A stretch of 64,000 bases of DNA. Source: Guillardia theta CCMP2712. Its lineage: Eukaryota > Protista > Cryptophyta. The stretch spans positions 6,181 through 70,180 of the forward strand of contig NW_005434464.1 in assembly GCF_000315625.1 (NCBI RefSeq), given 5' to 3'. Every line of letters begins with the position of its first letter. Position 1 is the stretch's first letter. The notes under the pieces are model-generated. The model searched no databases and was not told the origin of the DNA. It was given only the letters and a program-made list of their open reading frames with translations. A program made the translations under genes and the position numbers. Shown in pieces: positions 1 to 13,539 of this stretch.

Positions 1-289
1 TTCCTCCTTCAATGCCGTCACGGCTCCCACTATGTTCTTCTTCCGCTTGTTTGTCAGCGATAATTTCCTCATTGCTGTTGCTTGCATGTTGGTTTTTGCT
101 CCCTTGTTTCACCTGAGACTCATGCTCTTGTTGCCCAGATTCCACGGGTAGAAGCAACATGCAATCGGAAGAATGGACTAGCGTTTCTCTCTCGTGTTCA
201 TCTCCTTGCTTTTCTCCTTCTCCATTTCCTTTTCCCCATCCTCCTTCTCCTCCTCCTCCTCCACTACCTCCTCCTCCTCCTCCTCCTCC

Positions 290-326
<37 letters not shown>

Positions 327-1766
327 TCTCCTCTTCCTCTTTGTTCACATCTTGCTCGCGTTTGCGCGACAAAGACTTTTGCATCTTCTTGAATTTCTTC
401 TTTCCAAGGAATTCCACGTCTTCCTCCTCCTCCTCAACATCGTCCTGTCCTTCATCTTCTTTGCCCTCGATATGCTCCGCAGCCTGAGAAGTGTCCTCCT
501 TTGCCTTCTGCCTCCGGCCGCTAGCCTTCTTCTTGCTTCTGAGTGTGACAGGAAACCAACGGCGCTGGTCCATACGGAAGACGAAGATGTCGTTGAAGAA
601 GGTTGAGGTGAGGTCGTGCTTGCTGTACTCGTCGTGCACTCCTCCAAAGACAACCAAGTTTCGTTTCTTATGCACACACGTTGAAAAGCCACAGCGAGGA
701 CTGGGAGGAATCCCTCCTCTCCTCACTTTGGTCCAAACGACTGCCCGAGGGTCAAGACTCCACATGTCAGTATGCACTATGCCGTGGGAGTCGTCGGATG
801 AAGAGAAACTTCTACCATGCTTGGTGTATCCACCATACACAAAGATCATGTCCTCAAACTCCCCTATGCCACAGGCTGAGCGAGGAGAAGGCCAGCTTAC
901 GTTGTCTCCCTTCTTATCTTCCCCAAGCTTCTTCCACTTCATCTCCCCAAACTCAAACAGGTAAGCATCGTTGAAGTAGCGGACGTCATGCCCTGTGTCA
1001 TAGAAACCTCCGAATACAAACATGCTATTCTTCCATAGGATCTGTAGTCTTACAAGTAAGCAACTTCGTCTTCTTTGAAATTCCATACCGCACGATGCCC
1101 ACTCCTCGGTGATGGGCCATTCTTGCTAGTGATCTCTTCCCATTGACAGTTCGCCTGCAATTGTTTTCACTTTCCCACTTTTCACCAGCGACTGCAATGA
1201 CAAAGGCTAACCGCATCCAGCCGCCACATGTCCTTGTGATGGTAGAACTGCATCTGACTCGGAGACGTGAACTCCCCTCCGAAGATATACAAGTGAGTGC
1301 GAGAGGCCACGGCCTGGTGCGATGAGCGCGGCTTTGGAGTGTTGGGACTTGTAACTTGTGACCACGTGAGAACCCCTTTGTTCTCTTTAAGCCGGAAACT
1401 GTCGCAAACAATTCAATCACAAAAATGTTGAAAAAATAACTCACAGATGGTTGTATACAAAAACACGTTCTCCGTTGTAATATTCGCCTCCAAACAGAAA
1501 GAATTCATTTTCTTTTAGTGGATTGCAGGTAAAGCTTGCATGAACCCGTGGAGTTGGTTGTTCACATATTTCTTCTGTTACAACTTTCCTGTCTCGGTCT
1601 TTGGCTGCCAGCTGATTTAGAATCAACTCGATGTCTTCTTCCTCCGGGAGCCCACTTTTTGATCGCTCTTTTGCCTCTCGCTTTGCAGCTTTCTTTGCGG
1701 TTTTTAGTGCAGTCTTTTCTGCTCCTTTGCCCTGTTTCTTTTGTCTTTCTTCTTATCTTTGCCCAT
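1..1766 (-). CDS. KLHDC4: Kelch domain-containing protein 4-like (multi-exon; 3' end runs off the window)
   Basis: ATG GGC AAA GAT AAG AAG at 1766 gives a Lys-rich N-terminus. Kelch motifs PTPRVHASF..FFLFGGEYYNG, FVFGGFYDTGHDVRYFND, PSPRSACG..YGGY, PPSPRCGFS..FGGVHD..FFND, then an acidic D/E tract. Confidence 0.85.
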
Positions 1767-1842
1767 AGTTGCGGTCAAGTTTCGACGAACAACTTCCAGT
1801 CAGATGATCGCTTACTGTTGAGTGGAATTATGTTATCCCTGT

Positions 1843-2030
<188 letters not shown>

Positions 2031-2449
2031 CTTCCTGCTTCGCGGTCGGCTCCTCCTCGTGTTGGCTCCGTTCAGCTTTGGATTCGCTCCTCCATTTCCT
2101 CCATTTCAACCACACGTGCAAATGGTTGCAACCGTTGGCAGCAGTTGCAGAAGTCGGACCACAATGATGGGTGACTTCTGATTTGGGTTCATCCCCGCTC
2201 GTGCCCTAGCAATAGTGAGTGGCGAGAGGAGTGGCGATGAGTGGCGATGCGGGTAGGGTAAGGTGATGGGTGTGAGGAGAGGAGCACAAGGTCAGGAGGG
2301 ATGAAGGAGAAGACAAGAAATGGATCAAGATAATGACAGAAGCGAAATGACGGGATGATTCAGCTGAGGTAGACTGTCAAAGTTACACACCAAGCCAACG
2401 TTGTGGATTCAGAAGCAGCAGCAGTCAGTCACATACATCAGCGCACTTG

Positions 2450-4214
2450 ATGTCTTCTTCAGATTTTCTGCTGAAAGAAAGAACGAGGAAGGTTCGATAT
2501 CGCACAGATGACCCGGTGTCGAAGCTGAAGATCAGAATTATCCTCGAGCAGAAGCAAGGCGACAACGAGGAGGAACCCTGGGTCAGGAAAGAGAGGGTCT
2601 TTGAATGGCAAGAAAAGGTTTTCGGAGCTCAAGATTTTGAGATGTATTGCCAGCTTGCCAAGACAAAAGGCGGCGATGAGAAGCAAGGGGTGGAGGAAGA
2701 GACAAGCGGCGAGTTGAGCCCCTTGCAACTCAAATATGTCCGCGCAGTCTCTCGTGTTGCAAGAGCAGAGACGATCTACTCGTACGTCGACGCGGACGAT
2801 TTCAATGACATTGATCAGAGAGCCCCTCTTCTCAACTCGTTGCAAGGAGATACAGAAACGAACCTCGCAAAGATGAAAGATTTCTCCGAGCTATCTCGAG
2901 GGCGGCCTTCCCGGCATGGAGCAACGTCAGAAGAAAGTCGTCAATTCACGATGATGTACATTGTAGCGGATCTTACCAGTGATCAATCGCAGTCTGAAAG
3001 CGGAGAAAATGTGTTCAGGAAGCAGAAGTTCGTGCTATGCAAGATTAAGGCATACGATGACGGCTCTGTAGACATGACCCCCGGCTTCTCGCCCGAGCCC
3101 TCCATCAAGATCGACATCCTTCAGAACTACAAGTATACGCAAGCTGATCTCGGTATCCCCTATCGTATCCGGACAGAAGGAGGATTCAACTATGACTACT
3201 GGATCATCAATGACACGGAGATGACAGATGAAGCCGCCAAAAATCGAGCAATAGCCAACCAGAAGAAGTACCAAGATCAACTGCTCAGCAAGGCGCAAGA
3301 GCTGCGAAAGAATTACATCGGAACTGAGTTTGACTTATTCAATACAGCCGACAAGGACGACGAGTGCAGGATGTTCATCAATATAGAGATTGTGAGTGCG
3401 ATTGGTTTTGATCGAGATCATCTGTACGTGCAGTACCTTGTCGACATTCCTGAGGGCTGGCAAGTGGTTGAATCTCAAGATCCGGACGACTCTCATCCGG
3501 TGTGGGGCAACACTCTTCTGTCTACAGTCCGGCACAAGAGGAGCGGATACGGCCTCGGATCGCTGCTCGGCCTTGCCGACGGTTTCGAGACTCTCAACCG
3601 AGTGGCGCATTTCGCACATCCCATCCACTTGGAGCTGCAGAAAACGAGAAACGCAAACGGGAAGAAGCCAGTGCTGCTCCTACAGGTCAACTCGTACGAC
3701 CGTTGGGATAGACAGCGCGTGCAGGGCTATGGGCACCTGATCCTTGCAGGCGAGACGAGCTTCTGCGAGCACAAGATCAGCACGTGGACTCCAACTCCCA
3801 GCCAGGTGGGGAGAATGCGGTCCTTCTTTATAGGAGGGTCCCCAGAATTGAAAGACTTCCGCTTTGCTGGCCTTGAGGCAAACAAGGCTGGAAATATCCT
3901 GAGTCGATATGGATTCTCCACAGAAAGCTCAGGTCTGACGTTCTTCAAGTCAACTACTGGTTTGTTATGGTCTTGACCGCAGGAGACGTCATCGTTCGAG
4001 TGAGCACTGTAGTGCAAAGCGCGTTTCTTCAGCGATCGAAAGGCGGTGGATCGTCAAGGACAGATGAACCAGGTACCTCCCTTGTTTCTACCGGCAACCT
4101 GCTCAAGACAATTCCTGCAGGAGTTTCCGGAGTAGATATTGTAAGATAACCAAGTCAAAGCCTGTTTGCTAACTCTCCATGTAGGAAGTGAAAAGACGGA
4201 ACAAGATGAAGTGA
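2450..4214 (+). CDS. MKS1: Meckel syndrome type 1 / B9-C2 domain ciliary transition-zone protein
   Basis: N-terminal YRTDDPVSKLKIRI and FEWQEKVF; B9 domain EIVSAIGFDRDHLYVQYLVDIPEGW...AHFAHP...QVNSYDRWDRQRVQGYG...MRSFFIGGSPEL...LSRYGFSTESSG. Two short 3' introns inferred (about 3934-3982 and 4141-4184). Confidence 0.88.
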
Positions 4215-4325
4215 CAAATCCAGCTTGCGCAATGAACGTATCTGTTACCAAATTGAACAAGAGACGATCATTGGTAGCTGAAAGCATCAGATATAATGTT
4301 TATTCAAGATAAAACGTCAATCGAC

Positions 4326-5955
4326 CTAAAAAGCCGGGGGATAGGTATACATTGAAATATTGCCGTTCATGTTCGGAAAGTTGTTCTGTGGGAGGGGAAC
4401 AGGCTGCGACTGAACTTGAGGTGGGATGGTAGACAGATCACTCTTGCGTTGGCCCTTCTTCTCGGCCTCCTCGTCAAACAAGAAACCAGCTCCATGCTCA
4501 GAAGCATCGAGACCGGCATGTTCGATGTCTTCTGACACCCTCATGCCAATGGTCTTATCGATGGCAAGGAATGTCATTCCAGCAGTGCCCATCACCCAGG
4601 CCGCCACCACCAAACTTCCAACAATCTGCACTCCAAACTGCTCGCCTCTTGCACAAGCGTTGTTCACATTGGGATATCCTGCGTACTGAATGTTCCCGTC
4701 GCTGCAAAAGATTCCGGCAGACCATACTCCCCACATTCCACAGAAGCCGTGTACAATGCAAGCATCACAAGGGTCGTCAATCTTGAGCTTGAGGAGAAGG
4801 TAATGTCCCAGGTAAAGGATCAAGGAAGCAACCAAACCGATGATCAAAGCTGCCCAAGGGTTCACGACAGAGCAGTTGGCAGTGACGCCGACGAGGCCAG
4901 CGAGCAACCCGTTCAAACCCATGGAGATGTCATAGTGCCCTTCGAAGATGAAGGTGATGAAAGTCGCTCCAATGGCTCCGGCGGCAGCGGCAATGGTAGT
5001 GTTAACAGCAACTTTACCAGCGACCTGCCCTAGACCTCCTGAGATCGCCAAAGTTGAACCGCAGTTAAAGCCGTACCAACCAAACCAGAGAATGAAGGCT
5101 CCAAGGGACTGCAATGTCTTGTTTCCAGCATAAAGCTCGTTCACTGTTCCATCAGCATTGAATCTCCCGATCCTGGGCCCAACAACAATTGCACCCATCA
5201 ATCCGGAAAATCCTCCAACCATGTGCACAACTCCAGAGCCAGCGAAATCAATCATGCCATTAGAGTTGGTGTTGCCAGTGAAGAGAGGCCTGGGATTATC
5301 ACCATAAGCACCCCAGGCAGACAACCATCCTGTGCCCCAGACCCAGTGAACGACGACGGGATAGATGAACGCAGTGATAATGATTGAGTAGACAAAGTAA
5401 GCGCCGATCTTTGTTCTCTCACAAACTGAACCAGCAACGATGGTAGCTGCCGCACCAGTGAAGGCCCATTGGAAAAACCAAGACTCCCATCCATCTGGCG
5501 AACAGGACCAAGAACCATCAGAAGCCTTGGTGCAGCCTCCGGCTTTGTTGTAAACCTCGTCCAGAGCAAAGTTTGAGCCTCCGATGAATCCTCCTGAGTC
5601 CTTTCCATAGGCAAAGCCATAACCGATCAGCCAGAAGCCGATGGCAGCGATGGAAGCGTCGATCATGTTTTTGAACAAGATGTTGATGGTGTTCTTTGGA
5701 TGAACAATTCCAGCTTCAAGCATGGCAAACCCTGCCTGCATGAAAAACACGAGAGCGCCTGCATAACTCAAGTTCAGATGTTGTCTGTGCGACAAATGCA
5801 TTTTTACCAGTCAAAACCAACCATGCGCTGTCGGTATCTCTGCTAAGCTCTGCGACTTGCTTCAGAGCCATGTCGTTCATAGTCTGGAGCTCGATGACTG
5901 TCTTGTTCATGGCAACCAAATAGTTGTAATTGTCCGTCGAAGTTATCGTCGACAT
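4326..5955 (-). CDS. AMT: Ammonium transporter (Amt1 family)
   Basis: Motifs LVFFMQAGFAMLEAG, WFFQWAF, YPVVVHWVW, DFAGSGVVHMVGG, LWFGWYGFN, IDDPCDACIVHG. One short intron near 5760-5807. Confidence 0.95.
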
Positions 5956-8900
5956 CCTGCCCAAGTGCTGCCCTCAAAAGTCAATACATGAAGACGATTG
6001 TAGAGCTTAGAGCAGAAAATGTAAATATTGCGCTATGTGTCACTAGCCAGAAGTGAAAGGGGCGAAGAAGAAAGAAAGGCTTGTGAAACATATGGAAAGG
6101 TATCCATCATGCCATGACCAAATACAGCAGGGCGAGGGTTGATGAAGCAATGCACAAAGGTGAGGACGGAAAAGGAACATTCCGAAACATCTGGAAGAAT
6201 GGGCGAGCATAAGGAAAGGAGCAGCAAGACACAAGAATGACCATAATATTGCGTGGTACGGAAGATAGTGGTGAGAGTGATCAATAGCGTGCGCGGGCGC
6301 AGGAAGCGATGGAGGAGGTTTATTTATACACCCTAGGGCCAAAGACGGCGAGAGAGAGGGGTGGGGTGGGGTGGGACTATGTACTGGTCTCCAGCGGAGC
6401 CGTTATTTCAGGTAAGAAGGATGGGTCTCCTCTGGTATGTACAGCATGTCAGGGTAGGGTGGGTGCAGACTGGTAGTACCAGCGACTCGTGCAGCGATTT
6501 CCAGCACCCCCTGGTCACTCACCTACCCTACTTTGCGACCGTATCCGGACCTACCCCCACATCATTTCCCATTGGGTGACTCTGACTGGACATGAGTTGC
6601 ACCCCCTGGTAGTAGTACGGAGTAAAACCACATTCTAGTCGGCCGCGACGGCATTCCTTTTAGGGTACCCCTGGTACTCTCATGAGCATATATTGTAACG
6701 GATCCGACAAGGTGGGTAGGTGGTAAACGACGCGAGGACGTGGCCTTTTGGTGGGACACGACAATCGCCGCAAACTTGAGGCTCTTCATAGGAAAACAAT
6801 AGACTATAACCGTCCTCGTAACTGTACGGCTACGTTCCGATCCGCCTGAGAGCTTGGCAAGTTGGCCTGGTCTGTACTAGGGCGTCTGATTACATAGCTT
6901 AGTAGACCAGTGCGGTACAAACGTGAAACGATCTTGTTTTGCTGGGCCTAGTCAAACTTTCAAGTACCGTGACAGCCTACTGGCCGATGATCTCAAAGCA
7001 CCGTCACTACCGATAGGTGGGCGATCAAAAATGCAGATATGTTCTAAAGAACACTGAAACCTGTAAGTTCAAAAATGTACTACCAAGCCCCCCTTTAACT
7101 TAAAACGGCGCAGCAGTACCGAGGCAACGAGGACCATCATTGCAGGACTAGCCCGGGCCCGGAGCGGCCTCCCGCGCCGAATCCGGATTCCCCAAATTCA
7201 CCGTCGGTAGTCGGCGGCGGGAACCGGAGGCTCCGTGGCGTAACGGTTTTGATAACCGGCAATCACCGTTATGAAAACGGTTATCTCATCTTTCGTCACC
7301 GTTGGAAAACGTTACAGGGACAGCCACGACAGCAAATGCACGGCGGAAGAAAATCAGAGGCGCGAGGAGATAGGAAAGAGCGTTTCAAGTACAAGGAAAA
7401 AGTGCGGGGAGTAGGGAAGAGGAAACAAAAGCGAAGGAGAAAAAGGCTTTGATGATGCAAATAACGGACGAAGAGGCATAGGATGTGAAAAATGTGCGCA
7501 CTTTCATCGTGAACAAGCAGAGGTATTGATGGACAATTCAGATGTGACAGTTTTGTCTTTCAAAATTGAAAGAGCCAGAATTTTGTATCTTACGATCATT
7601 TTCTTCGTCTCTCTGTGCTCTCATGTCATCTGAACAGGAACCGAATTCTTTCAAATCGACGAGATGTCTTCCTTGCTGGGCGAGGTCAAAATCTTCACCC
7701 ACTAAGAGACTTACCACGTTCTGACCTCCCAATGTTTTCGTTGGCTGGCAGGTCGCGTCTGCCGTAACCAAGTCTGTCATGGGAGACGGGAATAATGAGG
7801 CATCAAAAGCGTTTGTAGTTGATGGATGTCGTGACCGTCGACCTGCAGATTGGAAGGACAGAACCTCAGGAGAGTATGCTGAAGCGATCAAACCATCCCA
7901 CTGCTCTTCTCTTCCATGTTGGATTCAAGGCGGCAGCTCTCTTTGTGTGAGTGCCCTCCTATCAAGGGAAGTTGACTGATTCTGTACGCAAGATACATCT
8001 TCGGATCGTTGTTCTCTCGCTCGTTTGTGGTTTCTTTTGTGATAGTAAGAATATTCGCGTCCTTGACTTGCCTGACATGCTTTCAGGTTGTATTATTGTT
8101 AGCTTTCGATTTCTGGACTGTCAAGAATGTTTCTGGAAGGTTGCTTGTGGGGCTCCGATGGTGGAATGAAGTGAAGGCACTTTGACTTCGAGGTCCCAGA
8201 GCTGATGAATAGGGGCAGGTGAGGGAGGACGGAACCAACGAGTGGAGGTTTGAGAGCCGTGAAGACACGTCGAGGATATCCGATGTTGATTCGAGAGTTT
8301 TCTGGGTCAGTCAGGAGGAGAGGAGGATGAGGTGGGGTGGTGGAGGTTGAGGTGGGAGCAAGGTGGAGGAGGTATTGATTGTGGTAGGGGAGGTAGTAGT
8401 GGGAGGAGGTCTCTCAGCCTTTTCTCCTCTCATTCCTCTTCAGGTCACCTTATGGTTGATGCCCATTCTCTGGGGATTCTTCACCATCTCCACTTTCTTC
8501 TCCTTCAACTATGGCTGGATGCTCTGCTGCATCGTACCGTCTCCTCCTCCCTGGTTCGTCTTGACTGAAGGTTTTTAGGTCGCCGTGTGTTTGTCGGGGG
8601 CCAATCTTTACGGATACATCAAATGCAGCAGGTCGGGTTTTCGATTCTCCTCCGTCTCCCCTTATATTTTCTACCTTCTTGCTCTTGCTTTGCTCCTTCA
8701 TCGCGTCACGAATACACAGAGCTGCAAAGGCGAAAGTTGGAAGTCTCGCCTCTTCCGTGGCTTCAGGAGTTTTGCAGCAGGTCAGAGGAGGCGTGATTGA
8801 CATGGGAAGGGAGGGGGTGGGGTTGCGAGTTTGACGCGGGCAAAGGCTGACATTGAGGGCAGCAATTTGTCAGCAGATTCACCGGTGGATCAAGTTCGTC

Positions 8901-9128
8901 AGCAGGAGCCAACAACGTCTAGCGCTATCCCTCGGCTCCTTGTTTCTCATACATTCAAATCATTCAGACCTGATCTCAGCCAAAGTCCATGGCACAAACA
9001 TTGTAACCACTCATTCGTACATAGTCGGATAGCTTCATCTCATGGCTCCTGCTCCTCCTCCTGCTCCTGCATGCCTCCTCAGCTCACGTCCCACGAGTCT
9101 CCTCATCCTGCTCGAGTTCATCTGCTCG

Positions 9129-11228
9129 TCAATCCACCATTACCTGTGTGAGTTTCCGTAGAGTCTCTTGCGCCACATTCCTGACCTCTTCTTCCTCCCC
9201 CTCCGCCCCCCCCAATTCCTTCCAACCTATTGCTGTTCCTGCATTGACCGCCTCCACAGCCTTGATAGTCTCTTCATCGAACTTGCGTGCAACTTTTGCT
9301 GCCGTTCTGATAGCCTGCAGCTGAGCTAAGAGCTCGTCAAAGTCCAGCACCCGCTCACCTCCACCTTCACCGCCAGCACCTCGTCCTGCATGGCTGCGAT
9401 GACGGAGGAAACAATCCTCGTGTTTCCTCGATCAGCTACAAAAGGGAGAAGACAGCAGGCAGCGTAGCGGAGGGTCCATATGTTAGACTGCAGGAGAAGG
9501 ATGAGCCTATCTGTTCGCTCCCTCCTACTGCCTAACTCGACGCTCTCCTGCACAACCTTGCAGAGTTCAGCAACCTTTTCCTCTTCCAGCACGTCGACCA
9601 GCAGACCAGCAAGCAGCTCGTCTGTCTCTCTCAGTTGAAGGGCATGGGCGGTTTCTTCTACTTTCTCAGGAGGTCCCAGGAGGAGAGCAGGGCTGAGGTC
9701 AACGTGCTGCATCTGACTGCTTCGATCCTTGAAAAACTGGGAACGAGGAGGAGGCGAGGATGATTCCAGGTGCCTGACTAGCAGCCTGCGAATCAGAAGC
9801 AGAGAGAGCTGACGATATTGACAGCAAATGCCCTTGAGCAGCAAGTAGGTCAAAGTCCTGACAACTTCATCCTCGTCCTCCAGCAACGAGCTGATCGAAA
9901 TGGCCACATGTTGAGGGAGAGGACGGAGTAGAGCGCCGATCAAGGACAGTGCAGACACTCTCAACTTTCTCCTCCTCTCGCTCGCCACCAGAGGGACCAG
10001 ATGCTCTATCAACTCGCTTGCCTGCACTTTCAGCTCAGCTTCCGAGGCCGCAACACATGCAGCAGGCGAGTCATCAACAGCGACAAGCTTCCTCTGCATC
10101 GTCTCGATCAGCCCCTTGAGCCCCTCAACCTGCCACCATCGCACGAACCACAAGGAGGAGCTCAGGGCAGGCAGCGAGAGTGCCACGAAAACTTCACCCA
10201 AGAGCTCGAAGCCGCTGCACCTCAGCTGGTGATTCCCCGAGCTGTTCCTCCCTGTCATCTTCACTCGGAAGCGCCGAAAGATCTTCTCCTCCCTCCTTCC
10301 CACCCCTTCGCCTTCCCGCACCTTCCCTACCGCCCATACTCTGACCGCAAAGCGCTCGTGCAGAGTCGTGTCCTCCTCGTGCCTTCTCAGCGTCTCCCAC
10401 TCCTCGCCGTCCGCAGAGGCTTCCAGCACCCAGTTGCTCATCGCGTTGGAGGAGGTGTTGTACCCGTGCCGCAGCATGTAGTGCGTCGGCCGAAGCCAAA
10501 TTCCAGCTGGGAGTTCAACTGAGAACCAACTGAGAGGAGCATCGTAGCTCGAGCTCAGCACTGCCGAGTCTGCAAGGATGTTGTCCTCCTCCGTCAGCCA
10601 CCCACTCGTCTGCAGCGTCACCATCCTTGACGCCGACGGATTCTTCCACTCGTGCTCCAATCCTCCCGTCCCGAGAAACTTCAACAGTCCACCAGCCTCT
10701 TGCTCCTGCGAGGTGAAGGGGAAACTATACTTGGGGAACAGCAGGAGGGGCAGGACGATAAGGCGCAAGGAGAAGGAAGACGAGCCGGCGGGAGAGCAGA
10801 GCTTCACGCACACCTCAAGCTGAACTGCCTCCAACGGTACCCCAGAGATTCTCCCCGTCTCCTGATCGAGCACGACTCCAGCTGGAAGTGGAGGCGAGAC
10901 TTCCAGGATGAGCGGCTTCGTGCCCAACATAAGCTGAGGGCTGAGAGAGGGAAGTGAAGTCCCTTGCGTGCCCACCAGGCGAGTGCTGGGATACTCCAGC
11001 TGGGGGCGGTCTCCAATGATTGCCAACGTCTTGACAACCTGGGATGAAGTCTCAACATGAGAGGCATAAAGCTCGACAGCAGCCTTGACTGATCGAGGAG
11101 TTTGAGTGCCCATGATGCGAACAAGCTGCAGGCAATGCTGGAGATGCAGAGAAGTTCCTCGTTGCTCTTGCTCTTGTCCTTGTCCTGCAATACTTGCATC
11201 CGATCCGCTTGCTGCTTTCGCTTCTCCC

Positions 11229-11273
<45 letters not shown>

Positions 11274-13250
11274 GCATCATCCGGTAGCCGTACATGCTCT
11301 TCGGTCGCTTTGAGGATGATGGCTTCGACGACATCCCAGCGCACCACAAGCTTTCCGAACAGTTCGAGCCCCGAGCAGGAGAGCGACCAAGTGCCGCTGC
11401 TGTCCGGCCCATCCATCCTGATCTTGAAAAACCTGAAGCCTCCTGACGCTGCAATGGACGCTTCCAGGTCTTCGTTGGCCGCTTGAATGGCTCGCAGCCT
11501 CTTCAGCTCATCTGCCGTCACCAGCCCGTCCAGTGGCTTTGGTTTCTCAGTTGTCAGCTTAAAGTTCGAAGTGATGAAGGAGGCTCGAGGCGCTCCAGCC
11601 CCTGGCTTGCTCGACTGCGGGAGGCGCTGGAAGCTGCGATCATCATTGTGAGCCTTGAGTAGCAGCCACTCTTGGCCATCGACAGACGCGAGGAAGGACC
11701 AGTGAAGGAGCGACTTGCCAGGCCCAGTGAGCCCATGCCGCAAGGAGTAACCTGACGGGAAGAAGCGAAGGCCCCGAGGAAGCTCTAAGCAGAGCCAGCC
11801 GTTCCTCTCGCTGCCGGAATAGTTGAACGAGCCCTTGGTCTCCAGCACCTGATCGGGGCTCCCGCGAACCCACTTGCTGCTGGTGTGGAGCTGAAGGAAC
11901 CTGCTGTGCTCGAGGTTCGAGTGGTGTTCCCTTCCTCCTGACGTGGAAAGAAAATGGAGGAGGCCTGGCTTCAGTTCATCATCTGAGATGCACCTCAGAT
12001 CTGCTTGCTCGCTGTCAGACATGTCAAAGTGAAACTCTTGAACGTCGTGGGGCTGCTGAGGTTTTCCTGCAATTTCTGCTGCAGCTGCCAAGCGACTTGA
12101 TAGAAGTACGTCTGTGGAGTCTTGTCGCATCGAGAAGTCAGTGGCGAGAGGCACGAAGTCGCTGGGACGGGAGGGCGGAAGACTGACTTCTTGTAACCGA
12201 TCGACTTCGTCAAGTTGAGCACGAGAAGCTGGGCGGCGAAGGCTGGGCTGGAACCTGAGCAGGACAGAGGCATTTCGATCTTTCAACATGACATGCCGTC
12301 CATCTTTGAAGGCGTTGTACCACCCATACTTGTTCTTTTCCCGCAGCCACTCAAGTTCCTGCCTGATGCCTCCCAGCAGCAGAGGAGGAGTGTTACTCCG
12401 AGCCATCTCCTGCTCTAGAGCTGCCCGCACCTCCGCGTCCAGCTGCTTTCCGATCGAGTTGTGCGTCGGGATCCCCCAGCAGTCGAACGAGCTGTACAGG
12501 TGAGGCTGAGAAAGAAACAGGGAGGAGGGGAACCAGTGAAACACAAGTACTTCAAGGTCCTGCCCTCCCCAGTTCTTGTCGAAGATGATCTCAAACTCTT
12601 GTTGCACCCTGGCGACGTTGATATGCCTCGTCCCGTCCAAACTCTCGTCTTCTAACATGCGATCTTGCAGGCAGCGAGTTCGAAAGACCTGACCGCACGT
12701 GCGAACCTCACAGAAGACATTCAGAGTTCTCGATGGGTGCGTGTTCTGGTCCTCCACCAGGATCTTGGAGAAGTTTCGAACTTTCTCTATGTAAATCTTT
12801 AAGCTCCAGCTGCCTTGCGGCACAGACATCCTGATTGGCAGCAAGACAGTGACAGTTGTTTTTCCAGCTCAATCGAGCTGTTTCAATCATAACGAGTTGG
12901 GCAAGGTCCGCACCATTCTCTCGTCCACCATGACAGCGATTGCATCCTCGGGCCCTGCCGGCCTCATGGGGCAGCGTCGTTTGAGCTTCTTGCGACCAAA
13001 CACATCAGAACTTCTCCATCTCTTAAGCTCATTGGCACCTTGTCTTGGTGAGGTAGAGATTCTGATACGATCGAGCACTCCTCCTTGGTGTCGTTGGCGA
13101 CCCAGATAGCTCCGCCAACACCTCAACAAACAAGTGAGTTCACTTGCTGCTGACTTTCACCTCACAAGAAAACTGCTCTCAGTATCTTGCCTCACTCTCG
13201 CCATGTCTATCACATTTCTCTGGTCATCGCACTCAGCGCTCATCATCTCT
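9129..13250 (-). CDS. Large multidomain protein: C2-like N-terminus, two HECTD1-type galactose-binding-like domains, putative Ig (He_PIG-like) domain, HEAT-like repeats; may extend 3' to about 7500
   Basis: 1172-aa ORF 9326-12844 with a duplicated module (GLL.FL.T.G....N...W...ELP.....P..Y.LRHG....W...AS.DG.EW..L..H..D), VSPPLPAGVVLDQETGRISGVP between the copies and a helical C-terminus. Ends uncertain. Confidence 0.6.
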
Positions 13251-13539
13251 ACAACTGCTTACTCGCTTGTTGCCTCCTCCTCTCCTCCTCCTACCGGTAA
13301 CGAGGATGGCCGTCGCCACAGCGATCTCCATTCCGAAAAGCCCCTTCCTTTACTTTTTTTTAAGGTTGAGTTAAATCAGAATGAGGCATCCGGACCGTAC
13401 ACCGTGAGAGTCCCCGGCCGCCCGGCTGGAGTCGGATCCGCTCCGACGGTCCCGGGCCCCGGGCCCGGCCGGGCCCGGCGGCCGGCGGCGTCGACGGTTC
13501 ACCGTCACGGCGTGGCAGGCTGAGTCAATCACTGGCTTT

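Noticed and set aside
82-606. Poly-Leu/Ile, poly-Pro/His and poly-Ser ORFs on the + strand
   Set aside because: Shadow frames of the D/E tract in the minus-strand kelch gene.
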